Virus record (IMG/VR): IMGVR_UViG_3300025735_000003 | Location: 21,607 to 85,606 of that record | Source of the DNA: a virus | Taxonomy: Duplodnaviria; Caudoviricetes | Length of the DNA: 64,000 nucleotides | Direction: 5' to 3' (one strand) | Part shown: positions 47,676-57,369 of the stretch, piece after piece | How positions within the stretch are numbered: position 1 is the first letter of the stretch | How the letters are laid out: each line of letters starts with the position of its first letter | Translations under genes and position numbers: made by a program | Notes under the pieces: model-generated | Told to the model about the DNA's origin: nothing | What the model saw: only the letters and a program-made list of their open reading frames with translations | Database searches by the model: none

Positions 47676-48629
47676 TTATTGTTTTTTACTTTTGTTAATA
47701 AGTTCACCAACAAGATTCAGACCAGCTTCTTCTTGTTTCTTCGGTTCACCTTCACCGCTTACGCCTTTCTCTTTAAAGAGATCGGATTCTGTTTCAGCTT
47801 TGGATTTAGCACCCAGAGCTTTCAGCATTACTTCAAATGCTTCATCGTTCAGAGACTCAGTAGCCTTGTAAAGAGCTTCAGCTTCTTCATCACTACCAAG
47901 AGCAGCCAGTTTCTCTTTACGAGCTTTAGCTACAACTTCAAGTTTCTCAGCTTTGAATACAGCAACTTCTTCAAGGGCTTTAACCAGTACTACTTCTTTT
48001 TCTACAAGCTGTGCTTTAAAGATTGCTTCAGCAGCATCAACTGCTTTCTTAATTTCTTGTTCCAAAATTTCTACCTCTGATTTTTTAAGTTCTTGAGCTT
48101 CAAACATCTTAACCAGATGCTCTTGCGTATCTTTGTTTTGAAGGGCTTTAGTTACAAGGCTATAGATTCCTTCTTCAAGTTTGTCTTCCGCATCTTCAGA
48201 CAGAAGCATTTCCCCACTAGTCGGTTCATACGAAATAGACCGAGTCATAGGTTTGGCCAAATCACCAAGAGTGACTTTTCCATCTACAAGGGTGTAATCT
48301 ACTGAAAACAATCCACCCTCACTACAGAAGAGAACAATAGAATCATTATAATCTTCTACATACAGCCAATGGTCATCATCACCGAAAGCTTCACGTACTG
48401 CACTGGAAAGTGCATCACTAACTTTGGATGCGAACATTGATTTGTTAACAAGAGATTTATCCAGCCCAAGAGCCTTCAAAGATTTCTCAACTTCGTCAGT
48501 AATGGCAATGTCAGACTTCATGAGAAGGGAGACGTTACGGCCATTCGCCGCACCTCCCTGCAAAGTGGCATGGGTCAGTGCTAGATGAGGACGTTTACTA
48601 TCATCTTTTGTTTTAATAATCAGAGGCAT
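47676..48629 (-). CDS. scaffold-like head protein
   Basis: Long acidic/Lys coiled coil between the protease and decoration genes. Confidence 0.65.
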   Translation of the reverse strand: MPLIIKTKDDSKRPHLALTHATLQGGAANGRNVSLLMKSDIAITDEVEKSLKALGLDKSLVNKSMFASKVSDALSSAVREAFGDDDHWLYVEDYNDSIVLFCSEGGLFSVDYTLVDGKVTLGDLAKPMTRSISYEPTSGEMLLSEDAEDKLEEGIYSLVTKALQNKDTQEHLVKMFEAQELKKSEVEILEQEIKKAVDAAEAIFKAQLVEKEVVLVKALEEVAVFKAEKLEVVAKARKEKLAALGSDEEAEALYKATESLNDEAFEVMLKALGAKSKAETESDLFKEKGVSGEGEPKKQEEAGLNLVGELINKSKKQ

Positions 48630-49132
48630 TATTCACCACCATCGAATGTGACATTGGTGATTTCACCAGTCTTTTGGTTGATCTTTCCTTTACCACCAAT
48701 ACTTACACCACCAATAACACCAGCTTTCTTAAGGTTCCAAAGATCCTCGCTGTGGTATTTAATCTTGGCAACCCAAGTACCAGCTTTAATAACTTCATCT
48801 GTCTGAATAACTTTTACGTCCAATTCCTTCTGAACCCAAGTGGATTCAATAGTGAACGAATCAGTTTCTTCCATGTGAAAGAGGTTAGAATTAACAACCC
48901 CTTTCTCCAAGTTCAGATTGAAGTTTTCACAAGCTTTTTCAATAGTGTCTTCAGACATCCATTCCCCATGAGCATCCTTCACTAGAGGCTCATAGACAAC
49001 TTCATAAGACACCATCTCTTCGTTGATTTCTTCAACGACTGGTTCGTTAGTTGTGGCACCAAAGTATTTCTCAATGAACTCAGCGAATCCTTCAAGAATA
49101 CCTTTTTTAACATTTTCTGTTTCAATACTCAA
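48629..49132 (-). CDS. prohead protease (XkdF-like)
   Basis: VYEP..DAHGEW..NLFH..GTW..GVSIGG. Confidence 0.8.
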   Translation of the reverse strand: MSIETENVKKGILEGFAEFIEKYFGATTNEPVVEEINEEMVSYEVVYEPLVKDAHGEWMSEDTIEKACENFNLNLEKGVVNSNLFHMEETDSFTIESTWVQKELDVKVIQTDEVIKAGTWVAKIKYHSEDLWNLKKAGVIGGVSIGGKGKINQKTGEITNVTFDGGE

Positions 49133-50611
49133 TTAGGTATTCTCCGAATTGGAAGTTGAACTATCACCACTACCACCATCAGCCTTACCTGTTCCAGATG
49201 GCAATCCTGAAGTCATCCCTTCACCTGCGTTAGATGTAAAACCCGTTAGGGTTTCTTGATAGTCTTCCAACTCATCGTCAGTTTTGATTCTGTCAGGAAG
49301 ACCAGCAAACTCAGCAATCTTGTTGATGTTACCCGGAGTCTTCTGAATAAGCCCTTGACTACCAGCACGCTGAAGATATTTAGACAATACATCTAAGTCT
49401 TCTTCTTTGATTTGGTCGTATTCAAACTTTGGCAATCTGTCGAGGGGAAACCCATTCAAAGCAAATAGTTGTGGGATAAGATCATTATTAAGAGGATCTT
49501 GAATCTCTTTCAGATAACTTTCCACAGCCATGTGGACAATAGAAGACTTAGAGTCAGCAAGGTTGAACGAACCACCTTTACTATTACCCATTTGCAAGAT
49601 GTCTGCAAACAATGCTTGAAGGATCTTGTTATCCCAACGAGTGATTGCTTTGTCAGTATCATATTGTGAGGCGTTAGGAGGGCCAATCAATTCAAAATCA
49701 AACAAGCTGTTATTCTGGTCATCATAGAACTTAGGCATGATAATACATGCTTGTTCGTTGTTCTGAAGATTACGACCAATGTTCTTAAAAGCTTCTACTG
49801 TAGCCATTTGGTCAGCAGTAGCATCAGCCTTAAGATAGTCAGCAGGAATATCGAATTTAGGAATACCACCCAAGCCACGAGTAATACCAACAGCTTCAGA
49901 CTCTTCAATCTGCTTACGATATCGCCAAGCTTTATATACTTTGCTTAGAGGAGAACGACCTTGTGGGTTGTCTCGGCTAACATCTGTACGGAACAGAAGA
50001 AACTTCTTACGTTCGATATCAATCTGGCCGCCATATTCTTTGCTGTTAGCTAGGCGATAACCATCAACTAGAAAACTTGTGTCTTGTACAACCCCGTCAA
50101 GACTACGGCCATCATCACTAAACAACCAACGATAAATAGTGGTTTGAGAACGAGTAGCAAGTTTAGCAATGCCTACAAGACCATCATCAAAGCGACTACC
50201 TGTGGACTTACGTCTGCGTCTATAAATCTTCTCTTGAATTGCATATCCGTATGTGAACATGCTGGTTACTTCTTTAATAAAGGAGAACCAACTGTGATCC
50301 ATATCATCCATACATTGTTCAAGGAACTTAACTTTCTTTAGGTCATCTTCTGTAGGATCAGAGGGAGGAACAACTTTCCAATTAACGCGGCTAATCATCA
50401 TAGAGAACAAAGAGAGAGCAGAAGCGATTGTTGCATCTTCTCCCATTTCTTGGTAAGTACGGTTTGCACGAGGCCATTGTAAATCTTTCCGCATCTCCTC
50501 TAGGATAATACCATCAAACTCACGAAGACCCGTCCAGCCTACCTCCGACATCTTCATACGAAGAGCGGGATTATCACCGGCAGAGAGGTCTAGATTGTCA
50601 TTTTCTGCCAT
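49133..50611 (-). CDS. portal protein
   Basis: Follows TerL; NPQGRSPLSKVY motif. Confidence 0.88.
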   Translation of the reverse strand: MAENDNLDLSAGDNPALRMKMSEVGWTGLREFDGIILEEMRKDLQWPRANRTYQEMGEDATIASALSLFSMMISRVNWKVVPPSDPTEDDLKKVKFLEQCMDDMDHSWFSFIKEVTSMFTYGYAIQEKIYRRRRKSTGSRFDDGLVGIAKLATRSQTTIYRWLFSDDGRSLDGVVQDTSFLVDGYRLANSKEYGGQIDIERKKFLLFRTDVSRDNPQGRSPLSKVYKAWRYRKQIEESEAVGITRGLGGIPKFDIPADYLKADATADQMATVEAFKNIGRNLQNNEQACIIMPKFYDDQNNSLFDFELIGPPNASQYDTDKAITRWDNKILQALFADILQMGNSKGGSFNLADSKSSIVHMAVESYLKEIQDPLNNDLIPQLFALNGFPLDRLPKFEYDQIKEEDLDVLSKYLQRAGSQGLIQKTPGNINKIAEFAGLPDRIKTDDELEDYQETLTGFTSNAGEGMTSGLPSGTGKADGGSGDSSTSNSENT

Positions 50612-50638
50612 GTTATTCCTTAAAAAGATAGGCTATAA

Positions 50639-52066
50639 TTAGAAATTAAACTCGTTCATCTTTCCCAGTTGTGGGACAGAAAAAGTTGGAATATTCAGTT
50701 TCTGTGCCAAAGTAATAAAAGCATCACTTGTAGCATCGACCTGATCATCTTTGTTATTTCGAGAGCCGTCGAAACCTTCTAGCTCACTGAAATAATCCTT
50801 GTTCCATTCAGCATCAACATAATCTACAAGACCGGCTTCAGCAGCAGCAGCAAATGGTTGGAATCGGACTGTTTTGGATTTGTTAGTTGGACGCATTCTA
50901 GCGTGGAAACCTTCAGCAAGAAGATCCTTAATCATCATCTGTCCAGCAGCTTTACCAGCTTGACCGGGTTCTTGAGGGAGTAGGATATTTGTACCTTCTG
51001 GATCATTTACAGCGCATTCAATAATCTTTTGCATTACTTCGCCATAACGTGCCCTGAAACGAACAACATCAACGACAATGTAGTGTAAAGATTTTGTCTT
51101 TGCCATCAAGACGCCAACAGTCCAGTCAGGATTTGGATTCAGGTCACTGGGAAGTGTTCCTGCAATATCCCATGCTCTGCAATATGAAATAATGTTTTGT
51201 TCAAACATCTTCACAGGTTGCATCCAGTCTTTTTTTAGCATGCCCGATCCAGAGGGGCGGACAAACCAGTTCCCGTAGAGGTAGCGCTGGACATCTACAA
51301 ACGGCTTAGCCTTAAGTGTAGAAATGTAACCTCTGTCGTTCGCAAGCAATACTGGATTGTCATAGCAAGTGGCACTAATAAAAGTGAAAGTTTTAATACC
51401 ACTTTCTTCACCTTCACCATATATCGCTTCTAATTCTTTACGATCATCTGCCCAAATGTACTTACCATCTTCCACTACATAGTAGCGAGTAAGACCGTCT
51501 TTTGTTAGATCAGGCGTACCATCTTCTTGAAGATAAGGTCTAATCCAATCAAGAGCGAACCAATCTGGGTCCGGGTTGCACGTAAGCACCATTTGTTTCT
51601 TATGCTTAGCTCGTGCGGATCGAATACGAAGTCCTAGATACTCAATACACACTTGGGAGAAGTGTGTGGCTTCGTCAAATAACACAAAAGTATATTGTGC
51701 ACCTTGGTGCTGGAACCTGTTTTGATCATGTTCCATGTGAGAGAACTTAATACTACCACCTGATGGAAATGTGATCTTCAAGTGTTTTTGATTAACTTTA
51801 ATGTTCTCTTTGCCGAATACATAAGCATATAGTTCGCAAGCTGTTTCCCACAGACCCCCTTGAGCTGTAAGCTCACCGGTAGTCTTCCGAAAGATGACCC
51901 CGCGCAGATAAGGATCGTCTGCGAACTTAAGAGGATAAAGCAAAGCTACGTAACTTTTTCCTGAGCCCATTGCCCCACCTACAATAGCCGTATCATTCGA
52001 CTGATGGAGTATGAGATTTTGTTTTGGGCTACTAGGCCCTATTGCCGGTTGTTCTAAATCTTCCAT
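50639..52066 (-). CDS. terL: terminase large subunit
   Basis: GGAMGSGKS, FDEATH, CNPD, AWD, DDQVDA. Confidence 0.93.
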   Translation of the reverse strand: MEDLEQPAIGPSSPKQNLILHQSNDTAIVGGAMGSGKSYVALLYPLKFADDPYLRGVIFRKTTGELTAQGGLWETACELYAYVFGKENIKVNQKHLKITFPSGGSIKFSHMEHDQNRFQHQGAQYTFVLFDEATHFSQVCIEYLGLRIRSARAKHKKQMVLTCNPDPDWFALDWIRPYLQEDGTPDLTKDGLTRYYVVEDGKYIWADDRKELEAIYGEGEESGIKTFTFISATCYDNPVLLANDRGYISTLKAKPFVDVQRYLYGNWFVRPSGSGMLKKDWMQPVKMFEQNIISYCRAWDIAGTLPSDLNPNPDWTVGVLMAKTKSLHYIVVDVVRFRARYGEVMQKIIECAVNDPEGTNILLPQEPGQAGKAAGQMMIKDLLAEGFHARMRPTNKSKTVRFQPFAAAAEAGLVDYVDAEWNKDYFSELEGFDGSRNNKDDQVDATSDAFITLAQKLNIPTFSVPQLGKMNEFNF

Positions 52067-53140
52067 TTAAAATCCTTTAGAAAATTCTACCCACTTAGGA
52101 TCTTCTTGAGGAATCCAACCATCTAGCCATTTAAGTCTAGGGTTAGTGAAGAAAGCCAAACTAACATCATCGTTATGGGTTTGATTATAAATCTTTGTAA
52201 AAACTTTAAGTCCGGGCTTATCAAACTCTACCCAAAGATTGTAAAAGTAATCACACATGGACCACTTAGTTAAAGACTCTTCAGTCTGTGTGGCTAAATT
52301 CTCCCAAGGCTTTTGTTCTCTTGCCTTCATGGATTCTGAGATTTGTTTAAGTAGTTCGGGAGGATGAGATTTACCAAACATATGATGATCTTCTCCATAC
52401 CGCATAGATTTCATCATAATCTCACGAGTTTCCTCTGACCAACCAATACCTCTACGGGCATCACCCATCTTTTTACAATGTTCTTCTGAGAATTTAACTC
52501 CGAAAGATGGGTGATCTTCTCCGCGAAGATAGTTTCTAGTCTTAAATTTCTCTTTGGTTTCTTCTGTATGTTTCTTTCCAAAGAATGGGTTATTTTCCCC
52601 AGTATAAGTTTTGCCCAACTCAACTAGCAGACAACCGCAAGATTGTGTATTCTTAGTTGTTAGACTTCCACCCACTACAGTAATAATATTTCCACAATCA
52701 CACTGACAAAGCCATCTTACTTGTCGGCTTCCACTTGGAGATTCATAAAAGTCAGCAAGTTCTACTACAGTAAGTTTTGTAAACTTTTGTCCGACTAAAT
52801 CTTTATAAGACTTCCCTCGGCGTTTTTCAGAAACCTTCTTAGCAAAATCTTGTTTCAAAGCTTCATACAAATATGAGTTAACTTTACTAATTGCACGATT
52901 GCTCATCATCATTGCAGCGTAAGCTAGTGCGGGAACTTTTGGATAAATTTTCCAAAGTAGCATATGAGCTATGAAATGCTCACGTCCACTTAGCATTACT
53001 AGATTATCAGCTTCATTAGTTCCACCAACAGAGCGAGGAACAATATGATGAATTTCAAAGTAACCTTCATGTTGACTTTTATCAAGACCCCGAACTTTGG
53101 CTTTTTCTACAAGTGCATTATAAATATTTTCGTAATTCAA
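52067..53140 (-). CDS. HNH homing endonuclease with NUMOD3 repeats
   Basis: EIHHIVPRSVGGTNEADNLV..REHFIAH; CQCDCG..SCGC; four GKKHTEETK-like repeats. Confidence 0.85.
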   Translation of the reverse strand: MNYENIYNALVEKAKVRGLDKSQHEGYFEIHHIVPRSVGGTNEADNLVMLSGREHFIAHMLLWKIYPKVPALAYAAMMMSNRAISKVNSYLYEALKQDFAKKVSEKRRGKSYKDLVGQKFTKLTVVELADFYESPSGSRQVRWLCQCDCGNIITVVGGSLTTKNTQSCGCLLVELGKTYTGENNPFFGKKHTEETKEKFKTRNYLRGEDHPSFGVKFSEEHCKKMGDARRGIGWSEETREIMMKSMRYGEDHHMFGKSHPPELLKQISESMKAREQKPWENLATQTEESLTKWSMCDYFYNLWVEFDKPGLKVFTKIYNQTHNDDVSLAFFTNPRLKWLDGWIPQEDPKWVEFSKGF

Positions 53141-53237
53141 AACTTCATATCTCCAACTAGATTAAATTAGGTGAGAACTAGTCGATTGTATCGGCAATCA
53201 ACAGGGCTTGCAATCCCGTTCGCTCTCATTGTATTAC

Positions 53238-53579
53238 TTAAATAATTTCATTCGCTTCCAAGAACTGGCGAATGACTTGTTGCCTATCGCGACCTGTGAT
53301 CCCATGAATCTTCTTAGCCATGGCTCGCAGTGCATCCCAGTCCATCGCTTCGAGAGCTTCTTTAGTCCACTCTTCCTTAATAATCACCACCTCAACACTA
53401 GGTTCACTCTTAAGAAACTCTTCTGTAGTGATTGTCATCACACACGCATGTGGATAGTCATTAAAGAATCGTTCTTTCTTGTCCAACACACCACCCTTCA
53501 CAGAGTATTTGATAATGTTGTCAATAAAGTTGTGACCATAGTAATCTTGGCTGGTAATCAGCAATTTGTATTTATTCAT
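53238..53579 (-). CDS. hypothetical protein with a C-terminal Rho-N/HeH-like helical motif
   Basis: LEAMDWDALRAMAKKIHGITGRDRQQVIRQFL; AGGAG RBS. Confidence 0.65.
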   Translation of the reverse strand: MNKYKLLITSQDYYGHNFIDNIIKYSVKGGVLDKKERFFNDYPHACVMTITTEEFLKSEPSVEVVIIKEEWTKEALEAMDWDALRAMAKKIHGITGRDRQQVIRQFLEANEII

Positions 53580-53616
53580 TTTTAATCTTCTCCTTGTTTG
53601 TTTCTTTGATGGGAGA

Positions 53617-53646
53617 AGTGTATCAACTTTGAAGGCTGTTTGTCAA
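53617..53646 (-). promoter_or_regulatory. sigma70-like promoter upstream of the packaging/head genes
   Basis: TTGACA-N18-TACACT. Confidence 0.6.
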
Positions 53647-53711
53647 CCCTTTTAGAAAATAATTATAATAAATTGCTCTATATTTCAAGAGCAACCTATA
53701 TATCTACTTAT

Positions 53712-54083
53712 CTATGCAGCCAAATAAGCTTCGCCAATGGCAATCACATGAATCACAGTGCCATCTGGAACAGTTCGTGTAGTTGCCCCAAGTGCCAATA
53801 GGTTAGCGCCGCGAATTCCATATCCAGCAGCGCCTGTAGTAGTTGGTGTAGAACTCAACGAAGCCCAAGCTCTGTCATAGACGTTTGCTGAAGACAACAC
53901 AGCAACTGCTGTCACAATAGGAGCTTGTGCAAAGAAAGGACTTGAACCTTCGCCTGTAAAAGTTACAGACCAAGCACCGCCTGTAGTTGTAGTAGTTCCC
54001 ATCCAGATGTTAGGAGACAGCTTATTAGTTGTCTCTGCATTCAGAAAGACATTGGGACTAGAGTGTTCATAAGGGGTTGTCAT
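53712..54083 (-). CDS. small virion/fibre-associated protein
   Basis: Thr/Gly-rich; GAWSVTF..APIV motif resembling H-type lectin/gp53-like tips. Confidence 0.6.
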   Translation of the reverse strand: MTTPYEHSSPNVFLNAETTNKLSPNIWMGTTTTTGGAWSVTFTGEGSSPFFAQAPIVTAVAVLSSANVYDRAWASLSSTPTTTGAAGYGIRGANLLALGATTRTVPDGTVIHVIAIGEAYLAA

Positions 54084-54128
54084 TTAATTCACCTCTACTT
54101 TATTATCGTTCTTATTGAGTGTTAGTTA

Positions 54129-56267
54129 TCAAATGATAGTATATGTGTAGGTGAAGAAATGATCCCTTACAGATGCTGTTGTTGTAAAGAAGGTAAGCTG
54201 TGCTCTGTCGTTAGTGGCGTCTGCCAAGACAATACCCGACTGTTGGCTTTCCCAGCAAGAGGAAGTACCCGCACAATTCTCTTCAGCACTAAATGCCGAG
54301 GCAACAGGAAGACTCATTCCAAGTTTTGTTACTTGTCCGTTAGTGTTGGGGTCAATAGTAAGCTTACCAGAAACAGTGACTGTGCTACCAACCCTCATCC
54401 ATTGACACTGGAATGCAGTGGCAGTAACAATGTTAGCCACACTTGTCAGGGTAGGAGTGTATGTACCAGAGCTGAGGTTTGGAGTGCTGACAGTAATATC
54501 GTTAGCATTCTGTGTGACTGTAACGCCACCAGTACCAATGATAGAACGCAGTGTCACAGCCCCTGCTGTGTTAGCGTCGAATACTGAGCTACCACCACCA
54601 CTTGAAGCTACAGACTTGACATTGTATCCATTTGTTGTCAAGTAAGACCCTACACGAGCATCTGTGTAATATAGGTTGGTTGCTTCAGCAATATCACCCG
54701 TTACCAGAGTGACAGTGCCTGTCTTAGCATTGACACTTTGCACTGGGGCTGCTGCACTGGCTTCTGCTGTAGTTGTGTACTGAGGATGTGGATCAGCAGC
54801 AGCATTGTGGTTGGTGATCGAAAGGTTGATAGCTGTTTGTTGAGCTGTAGATACAGGTTTGTTTACATCGCTTGTATTGTCTACGTTTCCTAAGCCAACA
54901 TCAGACTTCGTAGGCATCTGTGTAAGCTTGCCTGAGCTATCCAGAGTAGCAATACCATTTGCTACATCAACGTTCCTTGTAGCTACGTCACCAAGACCTA
55001 AAGTAGCTCGTGTTGCAGCAGCAGAAGTGTCGTCTAGGATTGTACGTGCAAAAGGTGTTAACGAAGTTTGGGCAAATGCGTCCACGCCAGTTGAGTATGT
55101 CAGCCCATCAACAGCAGTCACTTGCGCAGCCAAGGCTGTAAGTGTGGTATCAGCAGGTTGAGCACCAATACTGGTGGTATCTACAACAACAGCACCGAAG
55201 CCTCCATTAACTGTCAGAACAGCGTCTTGAATGGCTGTTTTAGCGAGCTTATTGGGGCTTAAAAGTGATTCAAGCTTAGCTTTGACATTGGTAGCGGTGT
55301 AAACGTTATCGGTGACTACATTGACGAAAACACCCGGTTGAATCATAGCTGAGAAGTAGGGAATACTTGTTGCACTACCCTTCAAAGCTACACTATCGGC
55401 ATAGATCTCAAACTTAATGAGCATCCCGGCTTCAAGGTTGAGCGGAGTATCGCCAAAGGCTACTACGTTATCTCCCAACACCCAACTCATTCCACCGAAG
55501 CCTTCTTCCCAAGCTTGTCTGTTAGGGAAGTACTTAAGTGCTACTCCTGTGCTAACAAGACTAATCTTAGCTCTGACGTTTGTCATTGGAGCATAGGTAC
55601 GGAACTTCAGAGAGTGACTTCGCGCCGTATTCTGAACTGTGTAGTTGAAAATTAGAGGATTATCAGGAATGTTTGTAGTGTCAACTGGCTGTGCAACAAA
55701 TTCTGTCTGACCTGCTGTCAAAAAGAAAATGTGAGGTTCAGAGGAGGCAGCGCTTGGAGGTGTGAAGAAGTCCACAATGGTATATAGGTTGCCGTTAATA
55801 TGGTTTGTTAGGCCAAGGAAACCAGATACTTCTGAAAGAGTGAGTGCTTCACCAAATGTAACAGAGCCGCTTTCAACCGTGAATCCCGGTGGAGCTAAGA
55901 TGCTACCATTATCCAGTACACGCATGTTGGAACCGCCAAAGGTTCCGTCCAATTTCTTATAAGGGATTTCACCGATAGGCACCCCAGCAAGAGATACAAC
56001 CTCGCCGTTTGGACCTTGTACAACAGGAGTGATATCTGTCCACACCCCAGCAATACGGCACATGAACTTTGTGGTTAGTTCTACATCCGTATAGATAAGG
56101 CGAATCAGAAGGTCACTGTTGCTATCGTAAACAGCAAGATTCCCCGGATTACTTGTGAAATAACTATCTCGTGCAGCTTCAGCAGCGGCTAGGTTAGCAC
56201 CTTCAAAGTCATGAGTCTGTGGACCCATCCGAAGGCTACGGCTACGTGGAAAAGGAGTAATAGACAT
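54129..56267 (-). CDS. mosaic fibre-like virion protein (712 aa)
   Basis: Fibre repeats: LTPFARTILDD..RATLGLG, KSDVGLGNVDNTSD, DPHPQY, VQSVNAKTGTV, NLYYTDARV, SGTYTPTL. Confidence 0.75.
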   Translation of the reverse strand: MSITPFPRSRSLRMGPQTHDFEGANLAAAEAARDSYFTSNPGNLAVYDSNSDLLIRLIYTDVELTTKFMCRIAGVWTDITPVVQGPNGEVVSLAGVPIGEIPYKKLDGTFGGSNMRVLDNGSILAPPGFTVESGSVTFGEALTLSEVSGFLGLTNHINGNLYTIVDFFTPPSAASSEPHIFFLTAGQTEFVAQPVDTTNIPDNPLIFNYTVQNTARSHSLKFRTYAPMTNVRAKISLVSTGVALKYFPNRQAWEEGFGGMSWVLGDNVVAFGDTPLNLEAGMLIKFEIYADSVALKGSATSIPYFSAMIQPGVFVNVVTDNVYTATNVKAKLESLLSPNKLAKTAIQDAVLTVNGGFGAVVVDTTSIGAQPADTTLTALAAQVTAVDGLTYSTGVDAFAQTSLTPFARTILDDTSAAATRATLGLGDVATRNVDVANGIATLDSSGKLTQMPTKSDVGLGNVDNTSDVNKPVSTAQQTAINLSITNHNAAADPHPQYTTTAEASAAAPVQSVNAKTGTVTLVTGDIAEATNLYYTDARVGSYLTTNGYNVKSVASSGGGSSVFDANTAGAVTLRSIIGTGGVTVTQNANDITVSTPNLSSGTYTPTLTSVANIVTATAFQCQWMRVGSTVTVSGKLTIDPNTNGQVTKLGMSLPVASAFSAEENCAGTSSCWESQQSGIVLADATNDRAQLTFFTTTASVRDHFFTYTYTII

Positions 56268-56276
56268 GATCTCTCC

Positions 56277-56552
56277 TTATACCAACAATTGAACAGAAAG
56301 AGCTGTGTTACCTAACTCTACTGCTTTAGCCCAAACGATATCCGTTTCATTCTCAATCACAACAGTTGCAAGAGAGGTTAAGAGGTAGCCATTCTCAGAG
56401 GAAGCTGCTGGAAGAGTTGGGGAGATAATAATACGCACAAAAGAATTCCCTTTGTTTTGAATAACAAGAGGGGAACCTGTGATGAGGGATGTTGCTAAAT
56501 TAAGGTTTTGGTACGCTGTACCTGTCAGTACAATGTTCGGGATTGTTGCCAT
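56277..56552 (-). CDS. small beta-rich virion-like protein
   Basis: GGGAG RBS; LVIQNKG..VRI pattern. Confidence 0.65.
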   Translation of the reverse strand: MATIPNIVLTGTAYQNLNLATSLITGSPLVIQNKGNSFVRIIISPTLPAASSENGYLLTSLATVVIENETDIVWAKAVELGNTALSVQLLV

Positions 56553-56639
56553 ATTGCTATCTCCCTTTAGAGATGACCCTTTGGGCCTTATTTTTATTGT
56601 GTTGTAAAGGAATACGAGATAGTACTACATACATCTACC

Positions 56640-56935
56640 ACTATAAAATAAGTACTGAATCTTCCACGCTTCCTGAAATTCAGCTCTATCCTCACAAGAT
56701 TTGAGGATCTTCTCCACTGCTCTGCACTATTCACAGAAGTCATTTTTATTAGCTAACCGCCAGATTAGCTTTCTGAATGAACTAGGCAAAGTTCTCAGAT
56801 ACCAAGCACGCAGGCTTGATTAGTTTTGTCTGTCCTTTCAGAAACGACTGGAGGCTACCAATCTTCTCAGACAAATTCTTTTCAGTAACATAAATTCAGC
56901 ACGATATCACTGCTTCTGATTTCGTGCGAGTTTCT
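56640..56935 (-). ncRNA. candidate structured RNA (about 300 nt hairpin array)
   Basis: No credible ORF; at least seven adjacent stems, with G-U pairs favouring the minus strand. Confidence 0.5.
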
Positions 56936-56937
56936 TG

Positions 56938-57345
56938 TTACTCTTCGTCTTCGTCAGGTTCAACGAACACTAACGACAAACGAGGTTTCATTTCAGCCTT
57001 GATCTGCTCAGGAGATTGCTCTTCCTCTTCAGTATCACGCTTCCCTTCAGCACGAGCTTTGAAGTTTGTAATCTCATCACTACTCGCTGCTTTTTCAACG
57101 CTTACAATGGAGTTAATGATCCACTTTGCGCTTGCAACAGATTCAGAGTTTACAGTTTCATTCTTAAGACTTTTATCAATCAAAGCAAGGGCGATATCTT
57201 CGCGTTCACGAAGCTTGTCAGCCAGTTCACGGAGTTTGCTCTTTTTGATTCGAACTTTACTATTACCGCTAACATTTCTGTTTGAACGTGGTCCATCAAA
57301 CCTTGTATCAGGTGATGGATTGCTATTCTTTGGAGTTTTAGCCAT
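56938..57345 (-). CDS. putative terminase small subunit / DNA-binding protein (135 aa from MAKTPK)
   Basis: Basic N-terminus with TRF motif, helical core, acidic tail; heads the late operon; identity is inference. Confidence 0.5.
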   Translation of the reverse strand: MAKTPKNSNPSPDTRFDGPRSNRNVSGNSKVRIKKSKLRELADKLREREDIALALIDKSLKNETVNSESVASAKWIINSIVSVEKAASSDEITNFKARAEGKRDTEEEEQSPEQIKAEMKPRLSLVFVEPDEDEE

Positions 57346-57369
57346 ATTTAAATACCTTTGAATTAATAA

